From assembly GCF_014207565.1 (NCBI RefSeq), contig NZ_JACHGJ010000014.1, positions 8,359 through 72,358 on the forward strand: DNA of 64,000 nucleotides. The letters are read 5' to 3'. Both the position numbers and the translations under genes were made by a program. Below, piece after piece: positions 55,192 through 64,000 of this stretch. Every line of letters starts with the position of its first letter. The stretch's first letter is position 1. The stretch is from Spirochaeta isovalerica. GTDB lineage: Bacteria; Spirochaetota; Spirochaetia; DSM-2461. Below the pieces are notes generated by a model. It worked only from the letters and a program-made list of their open reading frames with translations, was not told where the DNA came from and did no database searches.

Positions 55192-56952
55192 TCAGGGAAC
55201 AGCCTGACTGAAAGTTCCCTCCACGACAAGATTGTAGGTCAGACCGTACTCTTCCAGGATCTGGTCCGCTAGATTTTTTCTGTTGATCGATACGGATTCG
55301 TAAAGGGAGATGATCCTGTCTCTGGACTCCTCGAAGCTGTTAATCAGCTGCTTTTCAGTCTCACTTGTTCCGATATAATTTGAAAGCTGCATATCCAGCT
55401 CTTGAGCGGAACGGGCGAACAATTCGCTGTAATCCCTCTGACGCCTGGCTTTTTCCAGGTCTTCGACATTTTTGCTATCCATATAATTGTGCATATATGT
55501 GAATGAGAGCTGAAGGGCTTCTTCGGACTTTTTCTGAAAATCGTTTCTGGAAATATAAAATGTTGTGTAACGAGATCCCGAATCGCGGATTTCCTTTTCC
55601 GCTTTTTTCAATGAAATTGAAGCCAGGCTTATCAATTTTATGGATGAGATATCCCGTTTTAATAAGCCGGATAACTCAAGTCCGGACAGATAGGTGTCAA
55701 TTGAATCTCTATCGGTATAGAGAATCAGAGCGCGACTCCTGTTGTTTCTATTATAGAGAGATGTGCTTGTATCGCTGATTAGTCTCGGATCTTTCAGTGT
55801 CGTCAGACCCTGTACAGCAAAACTGTATTTATCGTAATCCCGCCGATCCAGAATGCCGAGAAACCTGTCACCGGCTTCCGTGCCGAAAAGGAGAATATTT
55901 TTTATAGCTGCCGAACGAACCGCCCTATCGGGATTATCGAGAAGGGTCATAAGAAAATCGAGAGACCGCCCATTATCGATTTTACCCAGAAGCCCGATTG
56001 CGCTGATTAGGATTTCTTTTCTGTCGCTTTCAAGTGCCCGGCCGAGATTATCCAACGCGGTCTCTCCGAATGTGGAAACTGTATAGACAGCCCGTTCCCG
56101 GACCCTCTGGTTTTCATTACCGAACAGCTCAATAATCGGGTCGATGGAAGAGGGACTTTTCAAAGCCTCAAAGAGGCCTAAAACAGATAATTGAGTCTCC
56201 GGCGCAGGGTTATTGAGGACGTTGATCAGATAGGGAACCGATTTCTCTCCAAAATCGACAAATGCGAATTTAACGGCATTGCGCACTTTCACTTCCGGAT
56301 CATACATATAGGGAAGCAGGGTGCCCAGTATGGCAGGATCCCCCATTCGGCTTAAAGTTCTGACAATTCCGATTCTTATTTCCGGTTCCGGCCTCAGGAG
56401 GCTGTCGTAAAGTATTCTATCATTTATATCCGCCAGTGCGGCCGCCGCAGAAACGGCTTTATCGACAACGCTTTTTTGATTGCTTAAAAAAAGCTCGATA
56501 ATTTTCTCCAGGCTCGCGGAGTCATCCAGCTGAACAAGCAGCTCCAGAAGCTTGAGGATCAGATCATTATTATCTCCGGAAAGAGCTTCCCTGAAAACTC
56601 TGGCAGCTTCCTGTTCGTTTCGGAGAAGAAGATCTTTTGTGTTGCGGGAAACGGAAATATCATCATCGATCAAAAGAGGCAGCAGATCCCTGTAATACGA
56701 TGCCGTATCCAGCTGTCCCAGTTGAAAGACAGCCATATGCCTTACGGCGGGATTCGGGTCACGGGAATATTCCAGTAGATCGGGAATATCGGCATTGGTA
56801 ACGGGAAAAGTACCCAGAGGGTTTCCCAGTATAATCAGAGCTGACTCCGCCCTGTCCTGAGCGGAATCCATCGGCAGGTCATTGATGACAGACCGGCAGG
56901 AGAAGAAGAGAGATACGACTAAAATGAGGATTAATAGGATTTTCCGTTTCAT
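55192..56952 (-). CDS. HEAT/PBS-lyase-like repeat lipoprotein
   Basis: Signal peptide with lipobox LFFSC. It has multiple HEAT-like repeats with D/NPxxxVRxxAxxxLG patterns (DPNPAVRHMAVFQLG, NPDRAVRSAAIKNI). Confidence 0.65.
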   Translation of the reverse strand: MKRKILLILILVVSLFFSCRSVINDLPMDSAQDRAESALIILGNPLGTFPVTNADIPDLLEYSRDPNPAVRHMAVFQLGQLDTASYYRDLLPLLIDDDISVSRNTKDLLLRNEQEAARVFREALSGDNNDLILKLLELLVQLDDSASLEKIIELFLSNQKSVVDKAVSAAAALADINDRILYDSLLRPEPEIRIGIVRTLSRMGDPAILGTLLPYMYDPEVKVRNAVKFAFVDFGEKSVPYLINVLNNPAPETQLSVLGLFEALKSPSSIDPIIELFGNENQRVRERAVYTVSTFGETALDNLGRALESDRKEILISAIGLLGKIDNGRSLDFLMTLLDNPDRAVRSAAIKNILLFGTEAGDRFLGILDRRDYDKYSFAVQGLTTLKDPRLISDTSTSLYNRNNRSRALILYTDRDSIDTYLSGLELSGLLKRDISSIKLISLASISLKKAEKEIRDSGSRYTTFYISRNDFQKKSEEALQLSFTYMHNYMDSKNVEDLEKARRQRDYSELFARSAQELDMQLSNYIGTSETEKQLINSFEESRDRIISLYESVSINRKNLADQILEEYGLTYNLVVEGTFSQAVP

Positions 56953-57818
56953 TTCTCTCTATGACCATCGTCATTCATATAGAAAAAATAGAGCGAATCA
57001 TATTTCTCGGCTTCTTTTTCCCGTCCTCTTTTCCGGCATCCCTTTCCGTAAATGCGGCATTTGCGGGCCAGTTCCTTCCTGGCAACCTTCTCTTTTTCCA
57101 GAGGGAGCAGTTTGGAATCGATCAGATTTTTAAGCGCGTCAATTTTGAAATTCTCTATGAAACCGTACTTGAATGATAATTGATCTCCACCTCCGGCTCT
57201 TTTGACAATAAGGTCTTCATCTATATAACCAACGGAATACCGTGAAGTTACCCGAAGCCAGAATTCATAATCCTCACAGATTTCCAGATCTTCCCTGAAC
57301 CCGCCGAGAACCGTAAACATCTCTCTGTCCATCAGGACCGTTGAGGGTCCGATCTCGCATTTTCCGAGAGAGACTTCAAAAAGGTCCCCTTCTCTTTTGT
57401 GCTTTCTATGGCTCTGGGAGATAATTTTTCCCTCGCGGGACCACACTTCCCGCGTATGCAGAAAAAGACATTCTCTGTGATCATTCATATAGGAAATTTG
57501 TCTGTCCAGCTTCTCTTCATTCCATAAGTCATCGGAGTCGAGAAAAGCTATCCAGCGCCCTGCGGCACGATCAACAGCTCTGTTTCTCACATATCCCGGA
57601 TTTCCGTTATGCGCCAGTCTGATGATTTGAACTCTCCTGTCTCCTTCATATTCTTTCAAGCTCTCAAATGTTCCGTCATCAGAACCATCGTCGGCAATGA
57701 TTAACTCCCAATCCCGGAAAGTCTGGTCAAACACAGATTTTACAGCTTCATGAATGGCCTCTTTTCTATTGAAAACAGGAATAATAACAGAAACAGACAC
57801 TTTTTCTGACATATACAT
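56949..57818 (-). CDS. Glycosyltransferase family 2
   Basis: VSVIIPVFNRKEAIHEAVKSV.QTF..WELIIADDGSDDGT together with a DSDD motif. Length 289 aa. Confidence 0.85.
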   Translation of the reverse strand: MYMSEKVSVSVIIPVFNRKEAIHEAVKSVFDQTFRDWELIIADDGSDDGTFESLKEYEGDRRVQIIRLAHNGNPGYVRNRAVDRAAGRWIAFLDSDDLWNEEKLDRQISYMNDHRECLFLHTREVWSREGKIISQSHRKHKREGDLFEVSLGKCEIGPSTVLMDREMFTVLGGFREDLEICEDYEFWLRVTSRYSVGYIDEDLIVKRAGGGDQLSFKYGFIENFKIDALKNLIDSKLLPLEKEKVARKELARKCRIYGKGCRKRGREKEAEKYDSLYFFYMNDDGHREK

Positions 57819-57846
57819 GGTGTAACACAGCTTTATCGTTTCATCA

Positions 57847-58536
57847 ATGAAGCTTAAAGCCTATTATAGAGAAATGACAGACCCATTGATTTCCTATCTG
57901 AGCGGCTTCATAAGCCCGGACCGCTTTGAAAGGATGACAGCCGTACTTGCCAGGCGTACAGAATATCTGACCGTTGTCCTCGAAGACCTCCACTACAGCC
58001 AGAACGGCAGTGCAGTGATACGCCATTGCGATGCTTTCGGCATTCAGAATCTCCATGTAATAGAAAACCGCAACAAATTCAAAGTTAAAAATCATGCCGT
58101 CAGGGGAACTCTTAAATGGATTAATCTCAATCAGTTCAATGAAGAACGCAGCAACAGCCGGAACGCAATTGAGAGACTGAAAAAAGAAGGGTACCGGATA
58201 ATTGCCACATCTCCCCATTCCAGCGGTTCGACTCCATCTGATTTTGACTTGAATTCCGGACCGGCGGCATTGTTTTTCGGCAACGAAAGAGACGGGCTTT
58301 CCCGTGAGGTTTTAGAGCTGGCTGATGGTCATATCCAGATCCCCATGGAGGGATTCGTCGAAAGCCTGAATATATCAGCCAGCTGCGCTATCATTTTGAA
58401 TCAACTGGGATCTCGTCTGAGAGAATCTGACCTTCCCTGGCAATTGAGTTCTGAAAGATATAATCAGATTCTCACCCTGTGGCTGAAAGATTCAATCAGA
58501 AAAATCGATTTTGTGATGCGGGAATACGAGAAATGA
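57847..58536 (+). CDS. TrmH/SpoU-family tRNA/rRNA 2'-O-methyltransferase
   Basis: SPOUT motifs LTVVLEDLHYSQNGSAVIRHCDAFG, LFFGNERDGLS and IPMEGFVESLNISASCAIIL. Confidence 0.85.
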   Translation: MKLKAYYREMTDPLISYLSGFISPDRFERMTAVLARRTEYLTVVLEDLHYSQNGSAVIRHCDAFGIQNLHVIENRNKFKVKNHAVRGTLKWINLNQFNEERSNSRNAIERLKKEGYRIIATSPHSSGSTPSDFDLNSGPAALFFGNERDGLSREVLELADGHIQIPMEGFVESLNISASCAIILNQLGSRLRESDLPWQLSSERYNQILTLWLKDSIRKIDFVMREYEK

Positions 58537-59625
58537 TTATTTGACGACTTTGTTTCGTCCGGTTTTTTTGGCTTCATAGAGATTATTATCCGCCCGTTCG
58601 ATAAGATGATCGTCATTATCGCCCAACCTCACTTCGGCGATCCCGATACTTATAGTCACTGTCCAGGGAACTTCTTCGAAATTATAATTCTCTATTGATT
58701 TTCTCATTCTTTCAGCCATCAGGCCCGCTTGATCCCGCTCCGTATCGTTGAGAACAATAAGAAACTCTTCCCCTCCATAGCGATAAGCCGTATCGGTTTC
58801 CCGTATTCCGTCCCGGATCACCATGGCAAAGGATTTAAGAACCCTGTCGCCGACAGAATGACCGAGCTGATCATTTACCTTCTTGAAGTGGTCGATATCG
58901 AGGAGCAGAATTGATGTCTTATCGCCGTAGCGCCCGAAAAGGGAAATTCTCAATGGAAGGATGTCGAAGAGATAACGCCGGTTATAGAGTCCTGTCAGAG
59001 GATCTTTCAGAGCGGAATCTTCAAGTTTCACCTTCAGCTCAAGCATCTGCAATCTCGTTTTTTCCCTAACAAAAACCAGATAAATGGACAGGATGGTAAA
59101 AATAACGATGGGGAGCATGCGATCAGGAGTCAGCATGCTATCTAAAAAGAAAACACAGGCAGAGATAAACAGGAGAAGCCCGGAGACGGAGAAAATCACA
59201 TATTGCTTCCAGTCAATTCTGAAAAGATAGGCAACCATAAAGAGGCCGACGGCATAGGCAGAGTAATCACTGGATGACTGAAGATCCAGAAGGGTGAGAA
59301 AAACTGTCACGAGAAACATCAAATAATAATAAGATGAGAAAAAGACCGCTTTAAGGGTATGTTTTTTTATTTTAAGAACTAGTGGCAGCAACACTCTGAA
59401 GATAAGGGAAAACAGAGCCGCGAAAAAAAACAATCCGACATAGAAAGGGAATAATGCTGAGATATTTTCCTTTCCCGGAAAAAATCTGTACTGAAGCAGA
59501 TAGAGACTTGAAACGGCAAAAAGAACCAGAGGAACTATTTTCAAGACCCTCCGGTTTTCCTCAAATCTCTCCTTTCGGCTGAGATTTGTCAGTAGTTTTT
59601 TATTGAGGTTTTTCAGCCTGTCCAT
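58537..59625 (-). CDS. Membrane-bound diguanylate cyclase (GGDEF domain)
   Basis: About six N-terminal TM helices. GGDEF domain with an intact RYGGEEF A-site and DHFKKVND. Confidence 0.85.
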   Translation of the reverse strand: MDRLKNLNKKLLTNLSRKERFEENRRVLKIVPLVLFAVSSLYLLQYRFFPGKENISALFPFYVGLFFFAALFSLIFRVLLPLVLKIKKHTLKAVFFSSYYYLMFLVTVFLTLLDLQSSSDYSAYAVGLFMVAYLFRIDWKQYVIFSVSGLLLFISACVFFLDSMLTPDRMLPIVIFTILSIYLVFVREKTRLQMLELKVKLEDSALKDPLTGLYNRRYLFDILPLRISLFGRYGDKTSILLLDIDHFKKVNDQLGHSVGDRVLKSFAMVIRDGIRETDTAYRYGGEEFLIVLNDTERDQAGLMAERMRKSIENYNFEEVPWTVTISIGIAEVRLGDNDDHLIERADNNLYEAKKTGRNKVVK

Positions 59626-59635
59626 CAGCCTCCGA

Positions 59636-62600
59636 TTATTTTACAACCATGACCTTTCTCGTTTCATCTATTCCCGGTGCTACAATCCTTATAAAGTATA
59701 CGCCCCTGGCTACGATTCTGCCACCGGAGTTGTGTCCGTCCCATGCTGTTGAATACTCGCCGGCTTCCTGACGTCCCCTCTGCAGCACATCGACCATGGC
59801 CCCGGAAATGTCGAAAACCTGTATGGTTACCATACCCGCTTCAGCCAGTTCGTAGTGAAGATTAGTCGTTTCCCCGTTCTCCGGATTGATGACGTTCTTG
59901 AGAATGGTTACGCCGCCGACCTGGGTTGTTATGTCGTGAATAGCGAAGGTCCAGGGCTTGATCTGGCGGTACCAGTCGCTGGCAGAAGAATTCTCGATTC
60001 TGGCGGCAAAGAGAGAGTATGCCGGCAGATAGTAGAGGAATTCCACATCGGCTACCGATTCCAGCTCGGGATCGTCGTTGTCGAAACTGTGAACCCTTAG
60101 CTGATTGGAAGGAGATGTCCCGGCTGTCGCTTCTCTTTCATCCGGGTTGGGAGAGGGGACGATGCCGTAGAAGTCGTAAATATCGTAGTCGTCTGCTGCG
60201 GGAACGTTTCCGAAAGAGACGCCCGGGAGCCACAGACCGTCCCGGTCGTTATTCTGTCTGTATGCAGATGGAACATCAACGTCGAAAAAGAGCTGAACCT
60301 GCGGATCGAGACCGCTGGGAGCGCTGTGTCCGCTGTTGATATGGGTCGTCAGCTCGATGGGCTGGTCCTGCAGCCAGGTGCCGCCTGTGAAGTCGCGGAT
60401 GGTTCCGATTCCGCCGCGGTCCGGATCGGTTTGGGACTCGTCGGTGGCGTAGACGGGCTGGAGGATGGCGTCGCCGGTCAGGCCTAGGGCGAGGTCGGAG
60501 ACCCGGTGGGCGCCGCTTGCCGTTCCTCCTCCGATCATCGGGTTATTGCTGTCTCCGACATTCCCGGTTGCCAAATCGGGTATGGCTGTCGGGTCTGCAG
60601 AAGGATAATTTGCTGCAAATGTTCCCCAGGTGTCATTCCAGTTATCCATATCATCAATATCATTAACAATCTGGAGGATTGCTCCATTCAAGATTTCATC
60701 AGCTGTAACGAGGGCGTCGAGCGTCAATTCCAGCTCTTTAGTTCCGGTACCGGAAGTTGTTATTCTGGCAAGAGATGAGATGTTAGCGGCTCCGCCGTAA
60801 GAGAAATCTACCGCTTCTATCACAGTCTCGTCGGGCTGACGTACATATTCGGAAAACTGCACGTAAATTTTGTTTTTTTCCGAACTCGATAGTGTGTAGT
60901 TGTAAATGGGGGCTGCGTTATCAATAGGAGTCTCCGAAGGAACGGCGACACCATACTCGACTAAAGCTCCGCCTGTTGTGGAGAATAGAGACGTGTTTGT
61001 CATCAGCCTCCACTGTGGTGTAACATCTGTATCGGTATATTCTTTTTCAACAAGATGTATGAAAAACTCTGAGGCAATCGAATTATCACTGTCGGAAAAC
61101 CCGTTTAATCCGTACGGAAGTACTGAATTGTATGAAGTATCGACTTCATATCCATCGACCCAGGCCGTAACATCATCAAACCTGTTAGGGTCATCGAGTA
61201 TGGCCACACTCTCAACGCGAACGCGAATTCTGTCTAGACGACCGTTCAGGTCCGAGTCCTCTGCCCAGCTGACGACAATGGCGATAAAAAAGAACCAGTT
61301 AGTGTTGTTACCGCCATCGTTACATGTCGTGTCAGGAGTAATGGGATTTATAGCATGACTGTTTATGACATTAACATACTCAAATGTCGCGGTTGCCGAT
61401 CCTCCGGCTGAGGGAAAGTCGATTTCCAGCTCCCATTGTGTCGGAGAATTCGTGCTATCAAGTGTTATCAGATTTCCTGACACACCCCTGATAGTCATAT
61501 TCCGATAAATGGTCTGGCGTTTTCCGGCACCGAAGAGAATCGTGCCTCCTGCAATCTGGTAGCTGAAGTTATAAAAACTGTTATCTCCCCAGATAGAAAT
61601 AGTTCCTGGATTTTGAAACACTACCGTGCTAGTGTCATATTGAAAAATTCCGCTATAGGGATCTAAAGCTGCATTTCCATCTCCATCGGAATCGAATGTA
61701 TCGGCTGTAGCGGAGAACGTAATGGTATTGTCATTTGCCGCCAGAATTCCCGATGAAAGAAGAAGACCCTTATCAATAGTGAGAGCCGATGAACCGGCCT
61801 GGAGAGTTGTGGTTCCGCCTGCTTTTTCAAGCTCATAAAATGTTTCGTTTGTCGTAATTGAGCCTGTCCCGTCGAATATGACACGGTTGTTATTATGGGT
61901 AAATGTTCCGTTATCAGTCCAGTCTCCGGCAATATTCATATTCTGACTGCCGGAATCGAAAGTGCCGTTTGTAATCTGAATGTTTCCATTAACATCGATC
62001 GGATCAAGAAGTGTAACAGAAGTTCCATCAAGTTCCAAATTATTAAAAGGCAAAGTGTTACTGGTAAGATCCTGATTAGCGGTTCCGTCAAAGAGAACTG
62101 TCGATCCTGCTACTGTAAAAGTATCCAGATTTGTCAGATCAAGATCCCCGTCAATCAACAGCGAATCTCCGGAAATGTCTATTGTTGTATTTCCTATATT
62201 TTGGATGGATATAACTCCATCGATCTCCATTTGATCATTTGTCGTTAATACAGAGCCGGCTGCAGTAGAACCCAGAGTGACATTGAAAAAGACCTGAGAG
62301 TTACTGGTAACTGCTGAGTTACCATCAAAAACAGCCGTACCTGTTGCAGTAAATGCTCCTCCTGTAAAATCTACATCTCCGAAGAAAGAGATTGTCTGGG
62401 CGTTGTCAATCAGAGTTCCCGTGCTTACTAGCATATTTCCATTTACATCTGTTATATCCTGCAAAGTGACACTGATGCCGCTGATAGTTATATTGTTAAA
62501 GGGAAAACCCGATGATGTGAGGTTCTGATTTACTGCTCCATCAAAAACAACGGTAGAATTTGTCTCGACAAATGTATCAAGAGATGAAAAATCGAGATGT

Positions 62601-64000
62601 CCAGCCACGGTTAGTGTGTCACTATCAATATTTAACGTCGTAGGCACAGTATTGATGATTGAGAGAACACCATCAATTTCCATATCGGATGATGTGATGA
62701 GCGTTCCTGCGCCTGCTGTACCCAAAGTCACATTGTAGAAAGGACTGGTAATAGTCGTTGTCACTGTCGAACTGTCATTAAAAACGACTGTTCCGTTTCG
62801 GGCTGCAAAAGTATCGCTGTTCGTCCAGTTTCCATCGAGCGTTATCTGAAAATCAGAACCAGAGACATCCAACATTCCACCGGCGATGTCCAGATCATTG
62901 TTCACATCGATCGCGCTGTTCAGCGTGAAAGTCCCTACTCCGTCAATCAGAAGGTCATAGAAAGAAGCGATCCTTACCGTTCCGCCCGCTACGCCGTCAT
63001 ACTCAACCTGACCGGTATCCACATCCATCGTCGTGATGCTCTGGGTTCCCTGAGTCCCCTCGAGCTGAAGAACATTGTCGTTCACAAGCGTTCCGACCGT
63101 GAAGTTGTTCGCCTGCATATCAACTATCGTCCCAGCGCTGATCGTCAGGGTATCGCTTACCGTTACCGCATCGAGAAGACTCAAGGTCCCGCTCAAGCCG
63201 CCTTTGGTCACATCTCCGAAGGTGTAGCCGCCGGGATCGAAGTTCTGGTTCCCGTTCGCATTGAACAGAAGCAGACTCGCTGCATTAGTCGTCACAGCCC
63301 CCGCTGCGGAAAAATCCCCGTTCCCGCCGATGGTCAGCGTATCATCTGAAAAATCTATCGCGCTTCCACCTGCCGCACCAAAACCGAGGCTGCCCGTCAG
63401 GGTCATATCATTATTCAAAGTCAGAGCCGAATCATTCGTTCCGTCTCCGATCTGCACATTGCTGAAAGAGTCTCCGTCGGAGGTGTAGCTCTGCGCTCCG
63501 ATGTTGTCGAACGTGACCGTTCCGCCGCTGATGGTCACAGTTCCGCTGTCATTCCAGTCTCCCGCTACCGTGAAGTTCTGTCCTGTCGCAAAAGTACCGC
63601 TCACAGTTACATCGTCAAAATCTCCTGTGTCGCTCAGCGTCATCAGACCGCTTACATCTATGTCGCCCAGATCTTCTCCCGCTGCAACAAGCGTCTTACT
63701 CGGAGCGACTCCGTCAAACTCGAAGACTCCTGTGCCCTTGGTAAACGCTCCTCCGGTGAAATCGACATTCTCGCTCGCCTGGATCGTTCCCGCTCCGCCG
63801 AGGAGCGTTCCGTTTACATCCAGTACCGCATCGAGATTCAAAACATCCGCGATCAGGGAAGAGGAGAAATCAAGTGTTCCGTCTGTGTCCACAAGAGCCA
63901 TCGCACCGCTCACCTGAAGGTTGAAGGCCGAGGTGTCCAGCGTTCCGTCCGTTACCGTCAGGTCATTGGTCACAAGCGTATCGTTACCCAACGTCCAGGT
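59636..64000 (-). CDS. Giant repetitive surface protein (beta-helix/adhesin-like) with a C-terminal T9SS-type sorting (FlgD-Ig-like) domain; N-terminus beyond the window
   Basis: More than 1450 aa, rich in T/G/D/N/S tandem degenerate repeats (..GTLTFD..). The C-terminal ~70 aa (TIQVFDISGAMVDVLQRGRQEAGEYSTAWDGHNSGGRIVARGVYFIRIVA) match the Por-secretion-tail / FlgD Ig-like pattern. The reading frame stays open to the window edge. Confidence 0.7.
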   Translation of the reverse strand, partial: TWTLGNDTLVTNDLTVTDGTLDTSAFNLQVSGAMALVDTDGTLDFSSSLIADVLNLDAVLDVNGTLLGGAGTIQASENVDFTGGAFTKGTGVFEFDGVAPSKTLVAAGEDLGDIDVSGLMTLSDTGDFDDVTVSGTFATGQNFTVAGDWNDSGTVTISGGTVTFDNIGAQSYTSDGDSFSNVQIGDGTNDSALTLNNDMTLTGSLGFGAAGGSAIDFSDDTLTIGGNGDFSAAGAVTTNAASLLLFNANGNQNFDPGGYTFGDVTKGGLSGTLSLLDAVTVSDTLTISAGTIVDMQANNFTVGTLVNDNVLQLEGTQGTQSITTMDVDTGQVEYDGVAGGTVRIASFYDLLIDGVGTFTLNSAIDVNNDLDIAGGMLDVSGSDFQITLDGNWTNSDTFAARNGTVVFNDSSTVTTTITSPFYNVTLGTAGAGTLITSSDMEIDGVLSIINTVPTTLNIDSDTLTVAGHLDFSSLDTFVETNSTVVFDGAVNQNLTSSGFPFNNITISGISVTLQDITDVNGNMLVSTGTLIDNAQTISFFGDVDFTGGAFTATGTAVFDGNSAVTSNSQVFFNVTLGSTAAGSVLTTNDQMEIDGVISIQNIGNTTIDISGDSLLIDGDLDLTNLDTFTVAGSTVLFDGTANQDLTSNTLPFNNLELDGTSVTLLDPIDVNGNIQITNGTFDSGSQNMNIAGDWTDNGTFTHNNNRVIFDGTGSITTNETFYELEKAGGTTTLQAGSSALTIDKGLLLSSGILAANDNTITFSATADTFDSDGDGNAALDPYSGIFQYDTSTVVFQNPGTISIWGDNSFYNFSYQIAGGTILFGAGKRQTIYRNMTIRGVSGNLITLDSTNSPTQWELEIDFPSAGGSATATFEYVNVINSHAINPITPDTTCNDGGNNTNWFFFIAIVVSWAEDSDLNGRLDRIRVRVESVAILDDPNRFDDVTAWVDGYEVDTSYNSVLPYGLNGFSDSDNSIASEFFIHLVEKEYTDTDVTPQWRLMTNTSLFSTTGGALVEYGVAVPSETPIDNAAPIYNYTLSSSEKNKIYVQFSEYVRQPDETVIEAVDFSYGGAANISSLARITTSGTGTKELELTLDALVTADEILNGAILQIVNDIDDMDNWNDTWGTFAANYPSADPTAIPDLATGNVGDSNNPMIGGGTASGAHRVSDLALGLTGDAILQPVYATDESQTDPDRGGIGTIRDFTGGTWLQDQPIELTTHINSGHSAPSGLDPQVQLFFDVDVPSAYRQNNDRDGLWLPGVSFGNVPAADDYDIYDFYGIVPSPNPDEREATAGTSPSNQLRVHSFDNDDPELESVADVEFLYYLPAYSLFAARIENSSASDWYRQIKPWTFAIHDITTQVGGVTILKNVINPENGETTNLHYELAEAGMVTIQVFDISGAMVDVLQRGRQEAGEYSTAWDGHNSGGRIVARGVYFIRIVAPGIDETRKVMVVK

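Noticed and set aside
1-64000. CRISPR arrays, transposases, integrases or prophage genes
   Set aside because: I found no direct-repeat/spacer array, no IS-like terminal inverted repeats with a transposase ORF, and no integrase next to the tRNA genes.

Overview
This window looks like a chromosomal, mostly housekeeping segment of a Gram-negative, probably spirochete-like bacterium. The pointers are flgM, a FliL-like gene, many lipoproteins with FSC/SC lipoboxes, HDOD proteins and a class I-beta DAHP synthase; I cannot confirm the taxon from sequence alone. Coding density is high and genes overlap frequently. Recognisable genes include lspA, a Nif3-family gene, a Lon-like S16 protease, rsmI, flgM, leuS, a carD-ispD-ispF operon, ftsK, uppP, an Slt lytic transglycosylase, the origin-associated trio mnmE-mnmG-rsmG, a glycerophosphodiester phosphodiesterase, pepT, two TrmH/SpoU methyltransferases and a GGDEF cyclase. 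There is one tRNA-Arg(CCT) followed by two identical tandem tRNA-Asp(GTC) genes. I found no CRISPR array, transposase or integrase. The most system-like feature is a tight seven-gene minus-strand operon at 29806-36538: a YtrA-like GntR regulator, a polytopic SPFH protein, a LolD/MacB-like ABC ATPase, two FtsX permeases, a LolA-like periplasmic protein and a dedicated beta-barrel outer-membrane protein. A third, orphan FtsX permease paralog lies next to it. Both units carry the same promoter-operator module: TTGACA, 17 bp, a -10, then TGTACTA-N6-TAGTACA. I read this as one regulon for an envelope-spanning export or lipoprotein-sorting apparatus with no described counterpart. Other points worth a second look are a four-domain fusion of a Thermotoga-type DAHP synthase with prephenate dehydratase and an ACT domain, a paralogous pair of proteins joining a SpoIIAB-like kinase domain to HDOD, a TM-TPR-Mrr-like protein, a short palindromic intergenic element present twice with compensatory stem changes, and a 21-bp direct repeat at the ends of two convergent genes.
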